Shown in pieces: positions 38,551 through 52,859 of a stretch of 64,000 bases of DNA. Under the pieces are notes generated by a model that had not been told where the DNA came from, did no database searches, and saw nothing but the letters and a program-made list of their open reading frames with translations. Location of the stretch: NCBI GenBank assembly GCA_951406725.2, contig OX597817.1, positions 121,210,001-121,274,000 of the forward strand, written 5' to 3'. The DNA is from Octopus vulgaris (Eukaryota). Positions within the stretch are counted from its first letter, which is position 1. Each line of letters opens with the position of its first letter. A program made the position numbers and the translations under genes.

Positions 38551-39370
38551 ACAAAACACACACATAGCTGACAATATTATATCATAACCAGACAAATGAC
38601 AACTCAACATTTAAATCAACATTGGCCTTCTAATATTTCAGGCACCTTCACTTGTTTTATAAACAATTCTGTATTATCTCTTTTTATAAACTTTATTGTT
38701 ACCTAACTAATACTTTATGAATCATTCCATCATGTTAGAAAATTTTGAAGTATATTATCATTCATGTTATGATGAGAGTTTTATTCAATCATAAGTAATT
38801 TATTATGTGTTGTGAGTGGCTTTTAAATGGTTAGCATATAAGTTAATACATTATTTTACAGTATATAATATAATCATGAAATGAATCGATTTCTCACAGA
38901 GACCTGAAATTGGGATGGGCTGGGGTGATGAGTCTCTAAAACATTAACAGTTACTAATGTCTGTTTGCAGACTATTTTCCTTATTTTGGACCTTTATTGA
39001 GGATGCTGACATGATATTTTGATTAGCTTCTTCTAAAGATTGTTCAGATAATTAGGAGTATATAGATGTGCACACACACATGTACATATGTATGCATGTA
39101 TACATTATGCATGTGTTTATATGAACTTTTCTGGTAATAAAGACTCAGATACTACCAGTTTGGTCTAGACACATGAACATTACTAGCGGGACACAGACAA
39201 CTCTGTCTTAATGTCAAGATCTTGACTTAACTAGCATGACTTAAATTACTCTAGCACAATATAAATGCCTGTTACATCTCACTAATAAGAATCAGATTGC
39301 TCTAATTAATTATTCTGCTCTTAGTTAAATGTTCTCCATCAGCATGAAGGTCATCTACAGTAACAGAAGT

Positions 39371-39602
39371 TTAAACCTTCTGTTAACATATTTCTACAGA
39401 AATACACTACTTTTGTCTGAATTAATTTTGTAAATAATGAAGAGTTTAGTAAAATATTTTTGTCATTCTTAAAGCTGGCGTTTCAAACATAAATCAACAT
39501 GAAGTTTTAATGGATGGTTTTAATTTACATCACCTTAAGACAAGATGTTTGTATCACACGACTAAGGTTTAGTTTCAGGCGGGCTGATATCAAAAAGGTT
39601 AA
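39371..39602 (+). mobile_element. piggyBac-type MITE
   Basis: ttaaacctt ... aaaggttaa ends; homologous to 5135-5367. Confidence 0.72.
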
Positions 39603-41574
39603 TAATGGAAGCTGATGAAATTGGGGCAAATTCAATTTGTATTGTCGGAGTGAGAGAACAGATTGATTGATTGATTCTACTTCAGAATATTAATCCTTGA
39701 TGGTTGAAATCCGGGCAGGATTAAAATCAAACAGAGGAAGGAATGAAATTAAACACTATAAGACAATTTAGTCTTGCAGTGTAGTATTTCTGTCAATTCA
39801 CCAACTCATTGCTCTCTCTCTCTCCCTCTCTCTCCCTCTTTCTATCTCTCTTTCTATCTCTCATGAAGCTCATATTAAATGTTATAACTTCAGTTTGGGA
39901 AGAAGAAAGCAATCTATGTTGTTAATTGCAATTGAACAACTGGACAAAAATAATTAAACAAAATGCATTAAAAAGAAATAAAATTATTCAATCATTCATT
40001 CAATTTAAATTTGTATTAAAATTTTCAGCTTTTGTAAAAATAAAATGAATGAAAGGAAAAAAGATAACAAACAAAAAACAATAATATGTGTTAGGCTCCT
40101 GAAGCTAACAAATGTGTAGATTATTCGAATTCAGTGAATTAAGTATTATAACTAAAAGACCAGAACTGTATTTTCCCCATTTCTATTTTGTTATTTTCAA
40201 AAAAATATTTTTCTTTTATGTTATGTTATATATGTATGATACAAACAACAAACACAGCAGCTTCAATAATTGCCAAGTGATGCCATCCGTGAAATGCCTC
40301 TCATAGTGTCTTCAGGATTACTGTCTTTGATCCTTTACTAGAACATTAGCCCTAACCAAACGTATCCTCTCTTTTTTTTTTTCCTGACAAAAAGCTTCCC
40401 AAAGTCCCATGGTAATTATTTGGTTACCACAAAGTGATCTTTCTTGTGTGTCTGTTCTTTGATCAATATACTTTGATAATATTTTAACAGGATCCAAACG
40501 CTGTCCTTTTATTACTGCAGGCATTCTTCTGTACAATTTTGCTTGCTATTCACATGCAGGCGAGCCCAATAACCTTCGTTTAAAATATTGTGCTACTGCC
40601 AATGAATTTCTCATATATCATCATCATCATCATCATCACTTACCATCATCCTCATTGTTGCTGTCATCACCGTCGAGATCACTACCACCACGACCACCAT
40701 TGTTTTAATGTCCTCTTTTCCATGCTTGCACAGGTCACACGGAATTTGTTGAGGCAGATTTTCTACAGCTGGATATCCTTCTTGTCCCCAGCCCTCACCT
40801 GTTTCCATGCAAGTTAATATATCCCCTCAGGTATTAGCATGTGCTATTTATTTCTCGTGTTTAGCACCAGGTTAGCTTTAGTCAAGCATACCAATGATCT
40901 AAAGCATTTTAGCAATGAACATCTAGGCTTTCCTTTCAGACATGGTGTGTCTAGAACCCTATAACTGAAGGTACCATTCCTTTTCTTTTTTTCTTTTTAT
41001 AATCACAAAGTACGATTTGAGGGACATTTTACAGCTATTTCTTGCAGGTTGAGCAACAACATTAAGACATCTAGTTAGCTTATATGATACACATTCTCAG
41101 CTAGGTAATCTAGTGGTTTTGATGGTTACGTGTCTTAGCTATTGACTACTGGCTCAATGTAGTGTTCCTCATATGATATGAACTTGTGACCAGTTTTTCA
41201 CCACTATCTATATATCTGTAGTTATTTGCAGCACTTTCAGTTCAGTGTATTTACTTTTGCTCCCACTCCTGGACCCCATCCCTGTCTCTGAAAAATCTGT
41301 TTCACATTTCGAACTTGCAATACTTCTTCGTTTTCATTACAATACAAGAGCAGAAAAGAGATACGTTTTGTGTGTGTGTGTGTGTATGTGTGCCATTTCT
41401 TATAAACTGAAAGGAAATCACGTGTTCAGGCCAAATCAGACTAAAGTCAGTCCAGACCAGACCAGACCAGAATATACTTTCTTAAAATGAAATAAACGTC
41501 GTCCTTCAAACTTGCGGAGATAAAATATAAGCATGATTGTTCAAGCTAGCATACAATTCTCCAAATAATACAAA

Positions 41575-41966
41575 GAAGGAGAAGAAGGAGAAAGAAGAAG
41601 AAGAAGAAGAAAAAGAAGAAGAAGAAGAAGAAGAAGAAGAAAAAGAAGAAATAAAATAATAATAATAAAAATAATAAAATAAGGAAGACAATAAAAATTT
41701 ACGTTATTGAATTATTTCTCCTAAGTGACATTTCTGTTATTAAAAAGTAATCCTTATTTTAGTCTAGCCAAGCATTTACTGCAGTTTATTAGCTGGAAAA
41801 CATCCCAGTCATTCACTTAATCAAAATAGTGTCTGTGTTCTCTATATAATAGAAATTCTAACTTATCTATCTCATTCAACTTTATATAGTCGAATAACTG
41901 AACTGTTACAAACTTCATCTCATTTTGCAGGAAAAGAAAAACAATAATAATAACAATAATAATAAC

Positions 41967-42003
<37 letters not shown>
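41575..42003. repeat. (GAA)n tract (41575-41650) and (AAT)n tract (41943-42003)
   Basis: Seen directly. Confidence 0.9.
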
Positions 42004-42005
<2 letters not shown>

Positions 42006-43442
42006 GGAGGTAGCCAAAAAATAAAAATAAAAAATATAAAAGAGGTGCCTACAATATCCACACCATTCTTTTATATACCCTCTTTTATTTTTTGTCTTCT
42101 ACATTCTTCCCTTCCATTTATTACAGTGACATAGATTTCTTTATTTTTTTTTTTTTATTACTATGTGTAAGAAACTCTCTCTTTCTCTTTGTCCATTTTT
42201 AACTCTTTTTCACCCATTCTCTCCCACATATACACTTTCTTAATAAATGCACACATAAATGCACAGATAATGATACATACAAATTTTGGTTACTTGGTTC
42301 TATCTCTATGAGCAGTACGACGACCCCAAAACTTACTCATTATATATAATACTGTAAGGAAAGGGATGCCATTAGAATATAAGCTTGAGTAGCTGCTCAA
42401 TAGCCCGCCAGGCTATTTGGTCAGTGGTTCATGTATTATTACCTTGTGTGCATGCATGGTTGTTCAACTAAGGAAATTCACTTCAGAACCATGTGGGTCT
42501 AGGTTTGATATCATTTTGTTCTACTTTGGCAAACATCTTCTACCTAGCCCTCAACATGACCAATGTCTTGTGTGTGAAATTTGGCAGCAACCAGATCTCC
42601 TGCAACTCTCACCTTCCATTCTTAGAAAAGAAAGATATCCCACAAAGAGGCACCTTGAGCAAGTGTCTTCTAGCTCTTCAGGTTGACTAGAGTCTTGTAA
42701 GTGGATTTGGTTGATAGAGACTGACAAAAAGCTCATTATATATATATATATATATATACCTTGCTCAGAGATTTATGATTGCTTATAGTTATATATATAC
42801 ATATACCCCACCCCACACATATATATCTTCATATATACATGTATATCTATATGTGTGTGTGTGTGTTTGTCCCTCATTACCATTTTGCAACTGTTGTTGG
42901 TTTGTTTATGTCCCTGTAACTGACTGGTTTGGCTAAAGTAAGCACTGGGGTTGATTTATTTAACTAAGCACTTCAAGGAAGTGCCCCAGCATGGCCACAG
43001 TCCAATAAGTGAAACAGGTAAAAAAAATAAAAGATATCATATCGACCATGTATCAAAAAACAGCTCTGCCTCTCTTCATATCCAATTCCTCTGCCATCCT
43101 TGTTATCCCTACCTCTCTTTTCCAGCACAATGGTAATATAACAATGCCTTAGAATCAGATCTTTTTGCATCCTAATACATCCCACCATCATCACTTATGT
43201 CTCACTAGCTATCACTTTGTCCTACCATATCAATCATTATGTCATTACTTCCAATTACCATTGCCAATTGCTATGTTTTATATATCTATCACTTGCCCTC
43301 ACTTTCTTACACACTCTCTCTTAGCCACCAAACAAGTACCTGCTACCACTGCCTTTCTCACATTACTGCCTTTCCTCCCAAGCGCTGTCTCTCCTGCAAT
43401 TCTCCCTTCTCTACTCCTACTCTTCAATTCGCTCTGTTTTTC

Positions 43443-43665
43443 TTATTATTCTTTTATTTGTTTCAGTCATTTGACTGTGGCCATGCTGGAGCACTGCCTT
43501 TAGTCAAAAAAATTGACTACAGGACATTCTTTGTAAGTCTAGTACTTATTCTATCAGTCTCTTTTGCTGAACTGCAAAGTTACGAGAGGTGTAAACACAC
43601 CAACATTGGTTGTCAAGCGATGGTGCAGGGACAAACACAGACACACAAACATATACATATATATA

Positions 43666-43696
<31 letters not shown>

Positions 43697-43906
43697 CATC
43701 ATCATCATCGTTTAACGTCTGCTTTCCATGCTAGCATGGGTTGGACGATGTGACTGAGGTTTGGTGAACCAGATGGCTGCACCAGACTCCAATCTGATCT
43801 GGCAGAGTTTCTACAGCTGGATGCCCTTCCTAACGTCAACCACTCCGGGAGTGTAGTGGGTGCTTTTACATGCCACTGGCACGAGGGCCAGTTAGGCGGT
43901 ACTGTC

Positions 43907-43937
<31 letters not shown>

Positions 43938-44095
43938 CACACACAACAGGTTTCTTTCAATTTCCATCTATCAAATCAACTCACAAGGCTTTGGTTGGTC
44001 CGAGGCTATAATAGAAGACATCTGCCCAAGGTGCCATGCAGTGGGACTGAACTCAGAAACATGTCACTGATAAGCAAGCTACATACCACACAGCC
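43443..44095 (-). mobile_element. SINE A with a family B element (43697-43905) nested in its internal (TA)n
   Basis: Both SINE A modules flank a family B copy bordered by (TA)n. Confidence 0.85.
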
Positions 44096-44929
44096 ATACT
44101 ATTTCTTTCATCCTCTCACTCTGTTTCATCCTCAATCATCACCATCACTTTTCTTTTTTTTTCCCACCTTTATCTCATCACAGAAGTAATGTGGAATCAT
44201 GAGGACCTATTTCTCTTGCAGTGTCGAAGCAAATACGATCAAACAGAACTGTTCAAATAAATATACAAGTCTCACTTAGCTTTCATTGATGATTAAATGA
44301 TTCATTAATGGGTTACAGGCTTCAGTCAGTTTATATTTGTATATAAGTTTGTACAGCATCTCACCTGTGAGGCATCAGTGCACAATGGATTGAAATGATC
44401 ATAGTGAATAAAGTGCCTTGTGAAATTCATTTTCTTTCTATCTCTTTATAAGTTTGTATTTCTGTGTTTATGGCCTCTAGTGATGGTGCATTCACTAAAT
44501 ACACCATGGATACTCTGTAAAGTAGTTAGCAAATGGCTAGAGCCAGAAACAACACAGGGTGAATAAGTGGGTGAAGAAGTCCCTTTAGTCATGCTAGAGA
44601 TACAGCAACTATAGAGATGGTGACATAATAAAATCCACCCAGTGCACTCTGTAAAGCACTTGGTGAAATGAAGGGCATCTGGTCATAGAAATCTTAGCAG
44701 AAATGCAATGTAAATGTAAGATGTGGCCTTCCAAACCCATCTAAGAAACACTTAACTCTGAATAAGAATTGATTGTAACAGAGGCAATATATTCAGCTTA
44801 TGCCAGCAAAGGAAGCAAAAGTAAAATGATCATATTGATGATGATGATGATGAGGAGGAGGAGGCCAATGCATATAAATATTTATAAATTTATGGTAGGC
44901 GTGTGTATAAATATTGATATACATATGGA

Positions 44930-45110
44930 AGCACTGGTGCTAGTGCCACATAAAAAGCACCCAGTACACTCTTTGGAGTGGTTGGCATAAGGAAGGGCAT
45001 CCAGCTGCAGAAGCCATGCCAGAACAGACCATGAAGGCTAGTGCTATCCCTGGCCTTACCAGCTCCAGTCAAACCATCCAACTCATGCCAGCTTGGGAAA
45101 TGGATGTGTA
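44930..45110 (+). mobile_element. Repeat family B
   Basis: ggaagggcatccagc core. Confidence 0.75.
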
Positions 45111-46642
45111 TAAATAATTCATTATATTCTAACAATTTCAAAACACTTTATTATCAAAAGTATTAAATAGGATTTCTTGTACTAGTATGTTATAAAATAT
45201 CAAATACATTAGATTCATTCTTTTTAAATAATTCTCACCACATAAATTTGAGTAAATTACTTGAGACTAAGAACTGACATTTTAACAACTGGATGAGAGC
45301 TGCTCTATATTTTGTCAATATTTTTTTCTTTGAGAAAATATAATTTGACCAATGTAATTTGACAGAGTTGTATATGGCATGCGGGAATTCCATTTTATAA
45401 AAACTTCTATAAAGTTCAAAAAGTCATATGCTGAAGAGTCATAAAATTTAGCAGCAAAATTGTAAATGAAAACAAATAAAAATGTTTTTCTTTTTTAATA
45501 ATGAAACAAAAGAGACATTAGAATCGGCAGCAATATTTCAGTACTGGAAACTTCACCACTAAAAGGGAAAACCATTTGGGACTGTGCAAAAGTCAACAGT
45601 GAACAGAAACTAATACCTTAGTATGTAATTTATCAAGTCTTCGTTTGTAATATTTAATAAAAATAATATTTTTTAATGAGTTTGCTACTTCAGTCAAAAT
45701 AAGATCTCAATAAATACAGAAAAACTTAATTTAAAGCTAAAGCTATTTTCGAGTAAACACCCATATGGTATAACATGAAGTTGCATATATCTACACTCTC
45801 TCTCTCTCTCACACACACACACACAAATGTGTATATATGAATGTGTGTATGTATATACCTACAGATATTAGAGCATGTAAGATATAGTCACAGAATATTA
45901 ATATATGAGTTTAATAAAACTCATACATATAATCTTGAATTTGAATTTGTGTATATTTTGTATCATCAGTTATTTCAAAGTAGACATAGTTTTTTTAACA
46001 TTGTTTTTATAATACATGGAATTTCATGTACAACTTCCATTCAAGATTAAACAACACAAAATTCAATTTCATATGTATAAAAGCAGATGGCAATTCTGTC
46101 TTTTCCTTAACATGATGTCCTAATTTTCAGGCCCTGAAAATTTATAGAGATCAAGAGACAGACAGTGAATTTATTAGGTGACTGAGAGAAGACACTCATT
46201 TGGAGATGGATACAGAGAATCAATGATGTGGGAAGAGAGAAAGAGAAAGAGAGAAAAAGACAGTGTGGGAGAATAATGTATTTGCATATGTGTACTTCCA
46301 TACATATATGTACACACACACATGTGTACCTATACATCTGTTTGTCTATTCCTATCTGAGCCTTCACATTGTGCGTTTATAACATGAAACAATGACAATG
46401 TTTAAGTGGTGTCAATGCTTATATAAGCTGTTGAAACCTGCCTGGCTGTTTTATAGTTTGTTAAGTTAAAGAAAGCATAGAATAAACACTTTACGTGGCA
46501 AAAAGTAAGAGTTGATGACAGAAAGAGCATCTGGAAGTAGAAAACTGTCTCACCCAAGTTTCCTATAACCCATGCTAGCATTGACAAAAGAGACCTAAAA
46601 GCACTGATAATTATATTCAATATATATATATATATATATTTT

Positions 46643-46856
46643 TTTTACTCTTTTATTTGTATCAGTCATTTGACTGTGGCCATGCTGGAGCACCACCTTT
46701 AGTCGAGCAAATCGACCCAAGGACTTATTCTCTGTAAGCCTAGTACTTATTCTATCGGTCTTTTTTACCAAACCGCTAAGTTACGGGGAGGTAAATACAC
46801 CAGCATCGATTGTCAATCGATGTTAGGGGGACAAACACAGACATACAAACATGTAT

Positions 46857-46895
<39 letters not shown>

Positions 46896-47066
46896 CATAT
46901 ACATACGGCAGGTTTCTTCTAGCTTCTGTCTACCAAATCCACTCTCAAGGCTTTGGTCTGCCTGAGGCTATAGAAGAAGACACTTGCACAAGGTGCCATG
47001 CAGTGGGACTGAACCCAGAACCATGTGGTCAGTAAGCAAGCTACTTATCACACAGCCATTCCTGCG

Positions 47067-47068
<2 letters not shown>
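46643..47068 (-). mobile_element. SINE A
   Basis: Family match. Confidence 0.88.
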
Positions 47069-47105
<37 letters not shown>

Positions 47106-48170
47106 ATCACTGGTTTTATGGCTCCTTTGTCAATGTTGGCATGGGTTACAGGAAACTTGCTGAGATAGTTTTCTCTCTCTTTACACCCACACAGATTTAT
47201 ATATATATATATATATATACACATACATACACATGCACACAAGATTTTTGCAGAAGTACTTTAATTTTGAATCTTAGATTCTCTTCAGAAGGTGTCTTAG
47301 AGAAAATTTAGGAATTGAGACAGAGATGATTTTTTAAGACCCAAGTAATATATAATACACACACACACATAAACATGCACACAAAATGCATGTATCATCA
47401 CCATCATCATCATTCAAAGTCCATTTCCTTGTACATATATGTATACCTGTCTGTCTGTATGTATACATGTACATATGTATGTGTGTTTGAGTGTGCACGC
47501 ATATGTGTATATAGATACACAATGTAATCTCTGGAACTGAATTGCAATGTACAGCCAAAGCAAGCAAAACATTGCAATAACCCATCAAACAAATGGAAAG
47601 AAAAAAATAACAAAAACAAATAAAGCAAAACAAAAACAGAAAGGAAAACCAAAAACAAGCAAAAAGAAAGCTTCTGTTCAAGATGGTTTTCACATCGCCA
47701 TAAGGATTCAACTGCAACTAGTTGAAATTGCCAAATTCATACTTAATGAGAAAACCTCTGTTAATATTGATTTTCAAAGTCACAACTTATGGCCCAAGGA
47801 TAAAAATTCAACATGGGTTATTTGCTTGTATTTGCTACAAAAGACAGGAAAGAATGAAGGATGGAGAGAAGAAAAAAGAGGAATGAGATGGAATGGCGAA
47901 TGTTTTCAGTGTGTGAGAAAGACAAATAGGGAAAAAATTGTCGCTTTTGCTTTATTAAAGGTGATGTATTAAGTTTTTATTTTATTTCGTGCTATCTTAT
48001 TTTTGTTATTTTCTTTCGGGGGAAACAAAGATACAGATATAGACTTTTTTTCCCAGATGAGGAGAATGCAATAATAAAGGAAAAGAAATGAGAAATGTTA
48101 CAATGTTATTGACTTTATATTAAGCCATCTACCTATGTATGTGTGTATGTCTGTCTGTGTGTGTGTGTGT

Positions 48171-48210
<40 letters not shown>

Positions 48211-48219
48211 ATATATATA

Positions 48220-48415
48220 ATCATCATCCTCATCATTTATCATCTGTCTTCCATGCTGGTATGGTTTGGACAGTTTGACCAGAGCTGGTAAGGTTTGGGG
48301 CTGCACCAGGCTCCACTGTCTGTTCTATTATGGTTTCTACAGCTGGATGCCCTTCCTAATACCAACCACTTCACAGAGTGTATTGCATACTTTTTATGTG
48401 GTACCAGCACCAATG
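48220..48415 (-). mobile_element. Repeat family B
   Basis: Family match. Confidence 0.78.
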
Positions 48416-48517
48416 CTTTTATATATATATATATACACACACACACAAAGTATATAAAATCATACATGTGTGTGTACGTATCTATCTGTTTATTTACACT
48501 CACATATGTTCTTATAC

Positions 48518-48551
<34 letters not shown>

Positions 48552-48819
48552 TGTGCCAATATGATAGGGCACCTTTGATGTAAGTCTCATGAAGTGTCAT
48601 TAAAATGTATAAAACTGCAAATATTATGTAAATTTTCATAAGCTGGCATTGCAAGCTGAGTCGCTACAGAAACAACTGTAATGAATCATTAAAGATGTGT
48701 TCAAACATTTTCTTGTCTTCTTACACACACACATTTATAAATACATATCTATATTTATATACACACACATGCATCCATACATAAATAGCATGCAGTATAT
48801 AACATTTATTTATTTATGC

Positions 48820-49071
48820 GTCCTTTTCAAGCCTGTTTTCTATGGCGTATGTGTTCCCCTCAGCTGGACAGGATGCCAGCATTACTCAAGAAACAGGAAG
48901 AAAGAGTGAGAGAAAGTTGGGCTGAAAGAGTACAACAGAGGTCGCCACCCCCCCTGCCGGAGCTTTAGGTGTTTTCGCTCAATAAACACACACAACGCCC
49001 AGTCTGGGAATTGAAACCGTGATCTTCCGACCCTGAGTCCGCTGCCCTAACCACCGAGCTATTGCGCCCCC
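48820..49071 (-). mobile_element. SINE D
   Basis: Reverse complement of the 33098 head. Confidence 0.82.
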
Positions 49072-49150
49072 ACAGTATATAACATGCAGATACTAAAATA
49101 TATAGAACACTGGAAGGTGGCTTATAATAATAGTAAATGCAGTCAAGTAT

Positions 49151-49186
<36 letters not shown>

Positions 49187-49590
49187 CACACACACACACT
49201 CATATAAGCATACTAAGTATATATGCATGCACACACCTGTGATGCTTTGCTTTTGTGGATTACTGATGACTGAATTTGTGACAAACATGCAACTATAAGT
49301 AACTTTGCATTGTTAATTCAAGCACTGTTTATGCCAAAATTAATATGGAGATAGATAAATACATATTTACATTACATACAGATGATTTATCAGAAATGAT
49401 TATATCATATTGTATCTTATTTGTGAAAAGCAAATAAACAAAAGTAGATCCCCTTTGCTGCATGAAAAAGTGGAATAGTATTTATTCATGGCATGGTCAT
49501 AACTTGCAGGTTTTTTATTCCCAAATCCTCAAGCAAATCAGTGTTATGACCCACACAGACTCAAGTTTGAATATATGACTAGAAGTTATA

Positions 49591-49761
49591 GGTGCAGGAG
49601 TGGTTGTATGGTAAGAAGCTGGCTTCTCAACCACATGGCTCTGGGTTCAGTCCCACTGCTTGGCACCTTCGGCGAGTGTTTTCTGCTATAGCCTCAGGCC
49701 AACCAAAGCCTTGTGAGTGGATTTGGTAGATGGAAACTAAAAGAAGCCCGTCGTATGTATG

Positions 49762-49811
<50 letters not shown>

Positions 49812-50018
49812 TGTGTTTGTCCCCACCACCACTACCACCACTGCTTGACAACTAATGTTAGTGTGTTTATGTCCCTGTAACTTAGCAGTTTGGCAAAAGA
49901 GACCAATAGAATAAGTACTAGGCTTACAAAGAATAAGTCCTGGGGTCAATTTGTTTGACTAAAGGCAGTGCTCCAGCATAGCTGCAGTCAAATGACTGAA
50001 ACAAGTAAAAGTAAAAGA
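49591..50018 (+). mobile_element. SINE A
   Basis: Family match. Confidence 0.88.
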
Positions 50019-50261
50019 TATATATATATATATATATAAATACATATATCATATATTGGATTTTGAAAATAAAACATATATATCATATGTAGTTAGGGTA
50101 AATCCCAGCTGTTTCCTCTTATTACAATCCAATATGTCGTCTCAATTGCAGTCCAATATGTAGTCTCAGTTGCTGCTGTATGTTAGTTGAAAATACATAT
50201 TAAAATTGAGAATTATGGAAATATTATTTGCAGAGTCATTGTATAACAAAATAGTCAATAA

Positions 50262-50530
50262 GAAATGTTACTGTATTATGTATTCATCATCACATATGTT
50301 TTGTTTGCTAATAGGATTTATAAAGTTTTACAGGTTAAATATACATGTAGTAAGCTTCCTATTAGAAATTCATCAGATAAAGAAATAGTATAATTTATAA
50401 TGTATTATATTCTCTTACTGAAGAATTTCTAATCGGAAATTCTTTACATGTCTATCTAACATGGAAAACTTTGTAGTTCCTATTAACATATGAAACATGT
50501 GTAATGGTGAATAAATAATACCCATAATTT
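50262..50530. repeat. Old head-to-head palindrome with a hammerhead motif in each arm
   Basis: Minus: ttat-CTGATGA-atttctaatagga...tcctattagcaaac-aAA-ACATATGT-g-atga. Plus: CTGAAGA (50418)...GAA-ACATGTGT-A-atgg. Confidence 0.75.
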
Positions 50531-50808
50531 CCAGTTTCCTGTTTCATATATGTATATTGGATATAATGATCTGTAACTGGATACAATAATATTACAGATG
50601 AAAAAGGACTAAATTGGTTTTAGCAATCCATTCCTAGTAAGCTGGTTTAGCTTCTCTCATCTTCCTTTGGTATGCCTCTGTTTCACACATACGTACAGTA
50701 CCAACTGACCTACCTACCCACGTACCTACCTACCTACCCACATATATTTACACTCTCAGCTCTAACCTAGATGGTAGGGTCAACTTGCATTGTGTTCTAC
50801 TTTTGTAA

Positions 50809-50891
50809 TTCACCTGAAGAAAATGCATGTTTTGCATGATGTACCTTTAGTTTTCATCAATAAAGAACACATCTGAAACAGCTGTAGTGAA
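50809..50891 (+). ncRNA. Minimal type-I hammerhead ribozyme motif
   Basis: TTCAC-CTGAAGA-aaatg...catct-GAA-ACAGCTGT-A-GTGAA: perfect 5-bp stem I, palindromic stem III, GUA site. Confidence 0.78.
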
Positions 50892-50946
50892 CCTCAATCC
50901 ATCTGTGTTATTATTTATACATACATATATATATAAATATGTATAT

Positions 50947-51103
50947 AATCAAAATAAGCAACTGGATATCAAAAGGTGATGCAGTGAGACCATTTCAAGC
51001 AGCTCCATTTAATTAAACAATGCAATCATTACATCAGTTTAAATGCAGGGCTTGAAACGGTTGTAATGCATCACTACTTGATAGCCTGTTGCTTATTTTG
51101 ATT
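50947..51103. repeat. Imperfect inverted repeat, ~54-bp arms
   Basis: aatcaaaataagcaac...tttcaagc / gcttgaaa...gttgcttattttgatt. Confidence 0.85.
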
Positions 51104-51311
51104 TTATTCACTTTACTTTGAGCTGTGCAGATAAAACCAGACTGACTGATGCTTCAACTTAAGTACCTAACTCAACTGAATCTCAATTATTTCTTTGTAT
51201 GTATGTATGATATGTATGTATTATAATAGCCACAGTGAAATTGTCACATGTAGATGTACCCTGCATTCTGAAACAGGTTTAGTTAAAGAGAGAGAAAGGG
51301 AGAGAGACAGA

Positions 51312-51345
<34 letters not shown>

Positions 51346-51590
51346 TGTGGACAAGGATATATGTATATGCTTGCGTATATTTATATATATTTGCATCTGT
51401 GTTTGTGTACACACACATACCATCATTACAACATGCTTCTTTCAGTTTCCACCAACCAAATACAATCAGTAGCCTTTGTTCAGCATTACCCCAGCGTTAT
51501 AGCAGAAGATGACACATGTTCAAGGTGCTATGCAAGAGATCTGAACCTGAAACCATGTGGTGCAGAAGCAAACTTCTTAACTGCACAGTC

Positions 51591-51820
51591 AGGAGGCGAG
51601 CTGGCAGAAACGTTAGCGCGCCGGGCGAAATGCTTAGCAGTATTTCGTCTGCCGTTACGTTCTGAGTTCAAATTCCGCCGAGGTCGAATTCGCCTTTCAT
51701 CCTTTCAGGGTCAATAAATAAAGTACCAGTTTCGCACTGAGTTCGATGTAATCGACTTAATCCCTTTGTCTGTCCTTGTTTGTCCCCTCTATGTTTAGTC
51801 CCTTGTGGGCAGTAAAGAAA
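51591..51820 (+). mobile_element. SINE C, young
   Basis: CpG-rich, with a gagttcaaattcc B-box. Confidence 0.9.
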
Positions 51821-52025
51821 TATATATATATATAATATCTGGGTTATAAGTTTATAGCTTGTTTCCCAAAGTTCCTCTCTTGGTATTGGCTACCAGATGT
51901 TATCATACAGTGGGACTTATTTTACTGGACATACATATGGAAGTCTGCAACTATCCATAGAGTTTATACAAAAGAATTTGAATAAACTATATTCTACAAT
52001 AATATTAATATATATATATATATCA

Positions 52026-52255
52026 GGGCGGTGAGTTGGCAGAATCGTTTGCACGCCGGGTGAAATGCGTAGTGGTATTTTGTCTAGCTTTACGTTCTGA
52101 GTTCAAATTCTGCCATGGTCGACTTTGCCTTTCATCCTTTTGGGGTCAATTAAATAAGTACCAGTTAAGCACTGGGGTCGATGTAATTGACTGAAAACCT
52201 TTGTCTATCCTTGTTTGTCCCCTCTATGTTTAGGCCCCTGTGGGCAGCAAAGAAA
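52026..52255 (+). mobile_element. SINE C
   Basis: Family match. Confidence 0.88.
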
Positions 52256-52258
52256 TAT

Positions 52259-52294
<36 letters not shown>

Positions 52295-52699
52295 GTACAT
52301 ACACATACACAGATACATATATGCTTACACATGAACATACATGCATACACATACACAGAGATACATATATACATATATGCACACACATACATACACACAT
52401 ACCTACATACATGCACACACACACACACTTACATCTATGTGTTGTAGTACTGAAAAGGAATTTTTATTGAATTGAATTGCATTATTCATATAAATTTGTA
52501 GAACGTGATAATAGGAATCAGTATTAAACTCAAGGCGTGGCACAATTCCACTTCGAAGCAATGGAAAGAATGGTGGAAGTTGATGCAAAATAGCTGAAAC
52601 TTAACAGCAAAATGAATAATAAAAGATGTGTTGAGAGAGAACTAAATTTTCAATCCCTGTCCATAAGAACATACAACTACAACAGCAATGATTACAACA

Positions 52700-52830
52700 A
52701 TACAGACTGCCCGAATGCATGCAATAAAACTGGCTTGAATTTTAATAAGAATTGTGTACTAACAATTGACGTAGCAATACCAAATGACTATAATATTGTG
52801 TGAGACAGAGATGAAAAGCTAAGGTTGTAC
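52700..52830 (+). mobile_element. Restriction-like endonuclease scrap of an R4/Dong/NeSL-type LINE
   Basis: NKNCVLTIDVAIPNDYNIV*DRDEKL resembles the RLE motif C-x-x-I-D-V-A-I-P...EK..KY. Confidence 0.6.
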
Positions 52831-52859
52831 ACCTATGTAGTTCTTGAATTAATAATAAT

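Noticed and set aside
40318-40536. 72-aa non-low-complexity ORF
   Set aside because: No recognisable motif, and it is flanked by in-frame stops.
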